Source of the DNA: Angustibacter luteus
GTDB taxonomy: Bacteria > Actinomycetota > Actinomycetes > Actinomycetales > Angustibacteraceae
DNA: 64,000 nt
NCBI RefSeq assembly: GCF_039541115.1
Contig: NZ_BAABFP010000002.1
Coordinates: 682,001-746,000, forward strand
Direction of reading: 5' to 3'
Shown one piece after another: positions 58,938-64,000 of the stretch (position 1 is the first letter of the stretch; each line of letters begins with the position of its first letter). Made by a program: the position numbers and the translations under genes. Under the pieces are notes generated by a model. The model saw nothing but the letters and a program-made list of their open reading frames with translations. It made no database searches and was not told the origin of the DNA.

Positions 58938-59998
58938 GCGCGACCGCCACGACACGGGCCGGGGTGCCGGTGCGGCTGACCGGGCTGCACCGCAACTACG
59001 GCGGCGTCCCCGCCCTGGACGGCCTGGACCTCGACCTCGCCCCCGGTGAGCTCGTCGCGCTGCTCGGACCGTCCGGCTGCGGCAAGACCACGGCCCTGCG
59101 CCTGCTGGCCGGGCTCGAGGACGCCGACGCCGGCACGATCGTCGTCGGCGACCAGGACGTCACGTCGCTGCCCGCCAACAAGCGCGACATGGGCATGGTG
59201 TTCCAGGCGTACAGCCTGTTCCCGCACCTGAGCGCCCTGGACAACGTGGCCTTCGGATTGCAGCTGCGCGGCACCTCCGCCGGCGAGCGCCGGGCCCGGG
59301 CCGGCGAGATGCTCGAGCTCGTCGGGCTCTCCGCGCAGGCCGACCGGTACGCCCACCAGATGTCCGGCGGCCAGCAGCAGCGCGTCGCCCTCGCCCGCGC
59401 ACTGGCCATCCAGCCCCGGGTGCTGCTGCTCGACGAACCGCTGTCCGCCTTGGACGCGAAGGTCCGCGTCCAGCTGCGGGACGAGATCCGCCGGATCCAG
59501 CTCGAGGTCGGCACGACGACCCTGTTCGTCACGCACGACCAGGAGGAGGCGCTCGCGGTCGCCGACCGGGTCGGGGTGATGCGGGCCGGCCGCCTCGAGC
59601 AGATCGGCGCCCCGGACGAGGTCTACTCGCGGCCCACCAACGAGTTCGTGGCCGACTTCGTCGGGCTGACCAACCGCGTCGACGGCGACGTCGCCGCGGA
59701 CGGCGCCAGCGCCCAGGTGCTCGGCACCGCGGTGCCGCTGCTGCCCGGCTCCCCGACGTCCGGGCCGGTCACCGTGCTGGTGCGTCCCGAGGCGCTGGCC
59801 GTCGAGGTGGCGGCGGACGGTGACGCGGAGGTGGTGGCGACGAGCTTCCTCGGCGCGCACGGCCGGGTCCAGGTGCGGACCGTGGACGGCGGCCTGGTGT
59901 TCGCGCAGGTGCCGACCAGCGACGTCGAGCGGCTGACGCCCGGCACCGGTGTCTCGCTCACCGTTCGGCCGTCGCCGGCGCTCGCGGTTGCCCGCTGA
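58934..59998 (+). CDS. ABC transporter ATP-binding protein (PotA-like, TOBE domain)
   Basis: GPSGCGKT, MSGGQQQRVALARA, LLLDEP, VTHDQEEA. Confidence 0.95.
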   Translation: MSATATTRAGVPVRLTGLHRNYGGVPALDGLDLDLAPGELVALLGPSGCGKTTALRLLAGLEDADAGTIVVGDQDVTSLPANKRDMGMVFQAYSLFPHLSALDNVAFGLQLRGTSAGERRARAGEMLELVGLSAQADRYAHQMSGGQQQRVALARALAIQPRVLLLDEPLSALDAKVRVQLRDEIRRIQLEVGTTTLFVTHDQEEALAVADRVGVMRAGRLEQIGAPDEVYSRPTNEFVADFVGLTNRVDGDVAADGASAQVLGTAVPLLPGSPTSGPVTVLVRPEALAVEVAADGDAEVVATSFLGAHGRVQVRTVDGGLVFAQVPTSDVERLTPGTGVSLTVRPSPALAVAR

Positions 59999-60017
59999 GC
60001 GCGTATCGTCCTGGCTC

Positions 60018-60854
60018 GTGACGACGCCGACACCTGACCTCGCCGACCCCACGACCGACCCGTTCGAGGTCGCGGCGGCGGCCGCGACGCGGCTGGCCGA
60101 GCTGACCGGGGTGGAGCGGCACGACGTGGCCCTCGTGCTGGGCTCCGGCTGGGCTCCGGCCGGCGACCTGCTGGGCGAGACCGTCACCGAGATCGCCACC
60201 ACCGACCTGCCCGGCTTCCACTCCGCCGCGGTCGCCGGCCACCAGGGCGTGATCCGGTCGGTGCGGATCGGTGACACCGACCGGCGCGCGCTCGTCTTCG
60301 GCACCCGGACGCACTACTACGAGGGCAAGGGCGTGCGCGCGGTCGTGCACGGGGTCCGGACGGCCGCCAGGGCCGGCTGCTCCACCGTCGTGCTGACCAA
60401 CGGCTGCGGCGGGCTGAACCCGGCGTGGACCCCCGGCACCCCGGTGCTGATCCGCGACCACCTCAACCTCACGGCCACCTCGCCGCTGGAGGGCGCCACG
60501 TTCGTGGACCTCACGGACCTCTACAGCAGCCGGCTGCGCGCGGTGTGCCGCGAGATCGAGCCGGACCTCGACGAGGGCGTCTACGTGCAGTTCCCCGGGC
60601 CGCACTACGAGACCCCGGCCGAGGTGCAGATGGCGAAGGTGCTCGGCGGTGACCTGGTCGGGATGTCGACGACCCTGGAGGCCATCGCGGCCCGGCACGC
60701 CGGCCTGGAGGTGCTGGGCATCTCCCTGGTCACCAACCTGGCCGCCGGGATCAGCGACCAGCCGCTCGACCACGCCGAGGTGCTGGAGGCGGGTCGGGCC
60801 GCCGCGCAGCGGTGCGGGCGGATGCTGGCGGACGTGGTGCGGCGGATCGGATGA
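60018..60854 (+). CDS. punA: Purine-nucleoside phosphorylase (trimeric type)
   Basis: VLGSGW, RTHYYEG, TNGCGG, GPHYETPAE, VGMSTTLE, TNLAAG. Confidence 0.94.
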   Translation: MTTPTPDLADPTTDPFEVAAAAATRLAELTGVERHDVALVLGSGWAPAGDLLGETVTEIATTDLPGFHSAAVAGHQGVIRSVRIGDTDRRALVFGTRTHYYEGKGVRAVVHGVRTAARAGCSTVVLTNGCGGLNPAWTPGTPVLIRDHLNLTATSPLEGATFVDLTDLYSSRLRAVCREIEPDLDEGVYVQFPGPHYETPAEVQMAKVLGGDLVGMSTTLEAIAARHAGLEVLGISLVTNLAAGISDQPLDHAEVLEAGRAAAQRCGRMLADVVRRIG

Positions 60855-62524
60855 GCACGCTGCTCGACACCGCCCGCGCCTGGCGGGACGACGACCCCGA
60901 CCCGACGACGCGGGACGAGCTGGCCGCGGTGCTGGCCGCGGCCGAGGGCGGCGACGACGCGGCGCTGACCGACCTGGCGGACCGGTTCGACGGGACCCTG
61001 GAGTTCGGGACGGCCGGGTTGCGCGGGGCCGTGGGGGCCGGCTCGAACCGGATGAACCGCGTCGTGGTGATCCGGGCAGCGGCCGGCCTGGCGGCGTACC
61101 TGCAGGCGCGACGTCCGGAACCGCGGGTGGTCATCGGCTACGACGCCCGGCACCGCAGCGACGACTTCGCCCGGGACACCGCGGCTGTCGTCACCGCGAT
61201 GGGCGGCGAGGCGTTCGTGCTGCCGCGTCCGCTGCCGACCCCGGTGCTGGCGTTCGCGATCCGGTACCTCGGCGTGGACGCCGGGGTCATGGTCACCGCG
61301 AGCCACAACCCGCCGCAGGACAACGGGTACAAGGTCTACCTGGGCGACGGCAGCCAGATCGTGCCGCCCGCGGACGCCGAGATCGCGGCCTGCATCGCCG
61401 GGGTCGGCGCCGTCGCGGACGTGCCGCTCGCGGACGACGGCTGGGTGACCCTCGGCGACGACGTCCTGGAGGCCTACCTCGACGCGGCCGCGGCCGTCGT
61501 CCGGGCCGACGCGCCGCGTGACCTGAGCGTGGTGCACACCCCGTTGCACGGCGTCGGCCGGGACGTCCTGGTCGCCGCCCTGGAGCGGGCCGGCTTCGCG
61601 ACCCCGTACGTCGTCACCAGCCAGGGCGACCCCGACCCCGACTTCCCGACCGTGGCCTTCCCGAACCCCGAGGAGCCGGGCGCCATCGACGCCGCCCTGG
61701 ACGCCGCCCGCGAGCGCGGCGCGGACGTCGTCCTGGCGAACGACCCGGACGCGGACCGGTGCGCCGTCGCCGTCCCGGACCCGGCCGCCGACGGCGGCTG
61801 GCGGATGCTCACGGGCGACGAGGTCGGCGTGCTGCTGGGCGCCTGGATCGTGCACCGCTGGTCGACGAACGGCGGCGTGCCCGAAGGCGCGGTGATGGCC
61901 AACTCCATCGTGTCCGGCCGCCAGCTCGCAGCGGTCTGCCGGATGCACGGCGTGCGGCACGTGGAGACGCTCACCGGCTTCAAGTGGATCAGCCGGGTGC
62001 CGGGCCTGAGCTACGGCTACGAGGAGGCCCTCGGCTACTGCGTGGACCCGGAGGCGGTGCGGGACAAGGACGGCGTCAGCGCGGCGCTGATGGTCGCCGA
62101 GCTCGCGGCGTGGCTGAAGTCTCGCGGCCACAGCCTGCTCGACGAGCTCGACGACATCGCCCGGGTAACCGGCGTCCACCTGACCGGGCAGCACTCCGTA
62201 CGGGTGGCCGACCTCAGCCTGATCGCCGACGCGATGGCGCGACTGCGCACGGCGCCGCCCGCGTCGCTCGCCGGCTCCGCGGTGGAGCGGCTCGACGACC
62301 TGGCCGCCGGGATCGGGGACCTGCCGCCCACCGATGGGCTGCGGTTCTCCCTCGCCGACGGCAGCCGGGTGATCGTGCGGCCCAGTGGCACCGAGCCGAA
62401 GCTCAAGGCGTACCTGGAGGTCGTGCAGCCTGTGCCGGACACCGACGTGCCGGCGGCACGGGCCGTGGCCGTGCAGCGGTTGGCCGCGTTGCGGTCGGCG
62501 GTCGCCGAGGCGATCGGGCTGTGA
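60851..62524 (+). CDS. Alpha-D-phosphohexomutase (phosphomannomutase/phosphopentomutase)
   Basis: FGTAGLRG, TASHNP (catalytic Ser), NDPDADR, YEEALG, RPSGTEPKLK. Confidence 0.94.
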   Translation: MSTLLDTARAWRDDDPDPTTRDELAAVLAAAEGGDDAALTDLADRFDGTLEFGTAGLRGAVGAGSNRMNRVVVIRAAAGLAAYLQARRPEPRVVIGYDARHRSDDFARDTAAVVTAMGGEAFVLPRPLPTPVLAFAIRYLGVDAGVMVTASHNPPQDNGYKVYLGDGSQIVPPADAEIAACIAGVGAVADVPLADDGWVTLGDDVLEAYLDAAAAVVRADAPRDLSVVHTPLHGVGRDVLVAALERAGFATPYVVTSQGDPDPDFPTVAFPNPEEPGAIDAALDAARERGADVVLANDPDADRCAVAVPDPAADGGWRMLTGDEVGVLLGAWIVHRWSTNGGVPEGAVMANSIVSGRQLAAVCRMHGVRHVETLTGFKWISRVPGLSYGYEEALGYCVDPEAVRDKDGVSAALMVAELAAWLKSRGHSLLDELDDIARVTGVHLTGQHSVRVADLSLIADAMARLRTAPPASLAGSAVERLDDLAAGIGDLPPTDGLRFSLADGSRVIVRPSGTEPKLKAYLEVVQPVPDTDVPAARAVAVQRLAALRSAVAEAIGL

Positions 62525-63048
62525 GCCTGCGACTGCGGCCCCTGACGGTCCAGGACGAGGAGCAGGCGCTGGCGGCTCAGGCCGAGCTGGCACCGGACGA
62601 CTTCATGTTCCTGCTCGACACCACGCCCGGCCAGCCCTGGGCAGACTACGTCGGGCGGCTGGCGGCGATCCGCCGCGGCGAGGCCCTCAAGGAGGGCTGG
62701 GTGCCCGCGACGTTCCTGGTCGCCGAGGTGGACGGCGAGATCGTCGGCCGGGTGTCGGTCCGGCACGAGCTCAACGGCTGGCTGACGCGCTACGGCGGGC
62801 ACATCGGGTACGGCGTGCGGCCGCAGTTCCGCCGTCGCGGCTACGCCACCGAGATCCTTCGCCAGGCGCTGCAGGTGGCCCGCGCGGCCGGCGTCGAGCG
62901 GGCGCTCGTGACCTGCGACCTCGACAACGTGGGCTCGGCCGCCACGATCGAGCGCTGCGGCGGGGTGTTCGAGGGCATCGAGCCCGAGAGCGAGGGCACG
63001 ACCGCCAAGCGTCGCTACTGGATCGACGTCCCCCCTCCCCCGCCGTGA
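62521..63048 (+). CDS. GNAT-family acetyltransferase
   Basis: VGRVSVRH.LN, GGHIGYGVRPQFRRRGYA, TCDLDNVGS..TIE.CGG. Confidence 0.9.
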   Translation: MSLRLRPLTVQDEEQALAAQAELAPDDFMFLLDTTPGQPWADYVGRLAAIRRGEALKEGWVPATFLVAEVDGEIVGRVSVRHELNGWLTRYGGHIGYGVRPQFRRRGYATEILRQALQVARAAGVERALVTCDLDNVGSAATIERCGGVFEGIEPESEGTTAKRRYWIDVPPPPP

Positions 63049-63075
63049 TCATGCACGTTCACCCCAGGTGTGAAC
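63031..63075 (+). repeat. Decayed family A palindrome (left arm only) overlapping GNAT stop codon
   Basis: GTGATCATGCACGTTCACCCC at 63045-63065 (20/21 to family A core) preceded by CCCCCTCCCCC; residual GTGAAC right arm. Confidence 0.8.
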
Positions 63076-63149
63076 ACGACAAGTGACCGGCGGCTGCTCC
63101 GTGTGATCGTGCCGAAGGAGCACCCTCCGACCTGGACTAGCCTGGACCG

Positions 63150-64000
63150 GTGAGTGCACCGACCCTGCCTGCGACGTCGCAGGCCGACCTCGCCGCGATC
63201 GCCGGCATCGACCACCTGACCGACGCGAGCCTCCGTCGCTTCCTGCACGGCCTGCCCGGCGTGGACCAGGTCGGGCTCGAGGCCCGCGCCGCGGGCCTGG
63301 GCACCCGGTCGATCAAGACGACGTCCAAGGCCTGGGCGATCGACACCGCCATCTCGATGATCGACCTCACCACGCTCGAGGGCGCCGACACCCACGGCAA
63401 GGTGCGCACGCTGTGCGCCAAGGCCGCCCACCCGGACCCCAGCGACCCGGCCTGCCCGACGGTCGCCGCGGTCTGCGTCTACAACGACCTGGTGGACGTC
63501 GCGGTGGACGCCCTGCGCGGCACCGGGATCCACGTCGCCGCCGTCGCCACCGCCTTCCCGAGCGGCCGGGCCAGCCGCGCGGTGAAGCTGGCCGACACCC
63601 AGGACGCGGTCGAGGGCGGCGCCGACGAGGTCGACATGGTGATCGACCGCGGCGCGTTCCTGTCCGGCCACTACCTGCAGGTCTTCGAGGAGATCGCGGC
63701 CACGAAGGCGGCCTGCACCGCCAAGGACGGCCGTGAGGCGCACCTCAAGGTGATCCTGGAGACCGGCGAGCTGACCACCTACGACAACGTCCGACGCGCG
63801 TCGTGGCTGGCCATGCTGGCCGGTGGTGACTTCATCAAGACGAGCACCGGCAAGATCCAGCCGGCCGCGACCCTGCCGATCACGCTGCTGATGCTCGAGG
63901 CGGTGCGGGACTTCCGGCTGGCCGGCGGTCGCCAGATCGGCGTGAAGCCGGCCGGCGGCATCCGGACCAGCAAGGACGCGCTGAAGTACCTCGTCACGGT
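63150..64000 (+). CDS. deoC: Deoxyribose-phosphate aldolase, 3' end runs off window
   Basis: Frame from GTG 63150: LPGVDQVGLEARAA, MIDLTTLEGADT, VATAFPSG, ADEVDMVI, LKVILETGEL, FIKTSTGK, GVKPAGGIR. Confidence 0.95.
   Translation, partial: MSAPTLPATSQADLAAIAGIDHLTDASLRRFLHGLPGVDQVGLEARAAGLGTRSIKTTSKAWAIDTAISMIDLTTLEGADTHGKVRTLCAKAAHPDPSDPACPTVAAVCVYNDLVDVAVDALRGTGIHVAAVATAFPSGRASRAVKLADTQDAVEGGADEVDMVIDRGAFLSGHYLQVFEEIAATKAACTAKDGREAHLKVILETGELTTYDNVRRASWLAMLAGGDFIKTSTGKIQPAATLPITLLMLEAVRDFRLAGGRQIGVKPAGGIRTSKDALKYLVT

Overview
High-GC actinobacterial chromosomal region (organism not determinable from the window). Housekeeping backbone in the order known from other Actinomycetota: purE-purK-GtrA...PH-domain-birA-carboxyltransferase-epsilon...maf...biotin carboxylase...lpdA-GGCT...PNP-phosphohexomutase-deoC. 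Interleaved accessory blocks: the end of a surface-glycan locus (WbpB/E/D-like trio, GT2+DUF2304, flippase, ugd), a DeoR-regulated sugar/amino-sugar catabolic cluster, an orphan mraY, an efeUOB iron system with a DtxR/IdeR box, a LiuR-type acyl-CoA catabolic unit, a VWA protein/pseudokinase pair and a type III PKS + methyltransferase + FAD oxidase + UbiA cluster. The most unusual signal is non-coding: three families of REP/MITE-like palindromes. Family B brackets a DUF559/Vsr-like nuclease gene with atypical codon usage as a perfect 33-bp terminal inverted repeat and also occurs as two solo copies, which suggests a nuclease-associated REP system analogous to RAYT/REPtrons but with a different enzyme. 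Family A has inserted in frame into purK and also supplies the stop codon of a GNAT gene. No rRNA, tRNA, CRISPR array, DDE/Y1 transposase or integrase was recognised. All family assignments are by eye from motifs; no database searches were run. Start codons were chosen manually.
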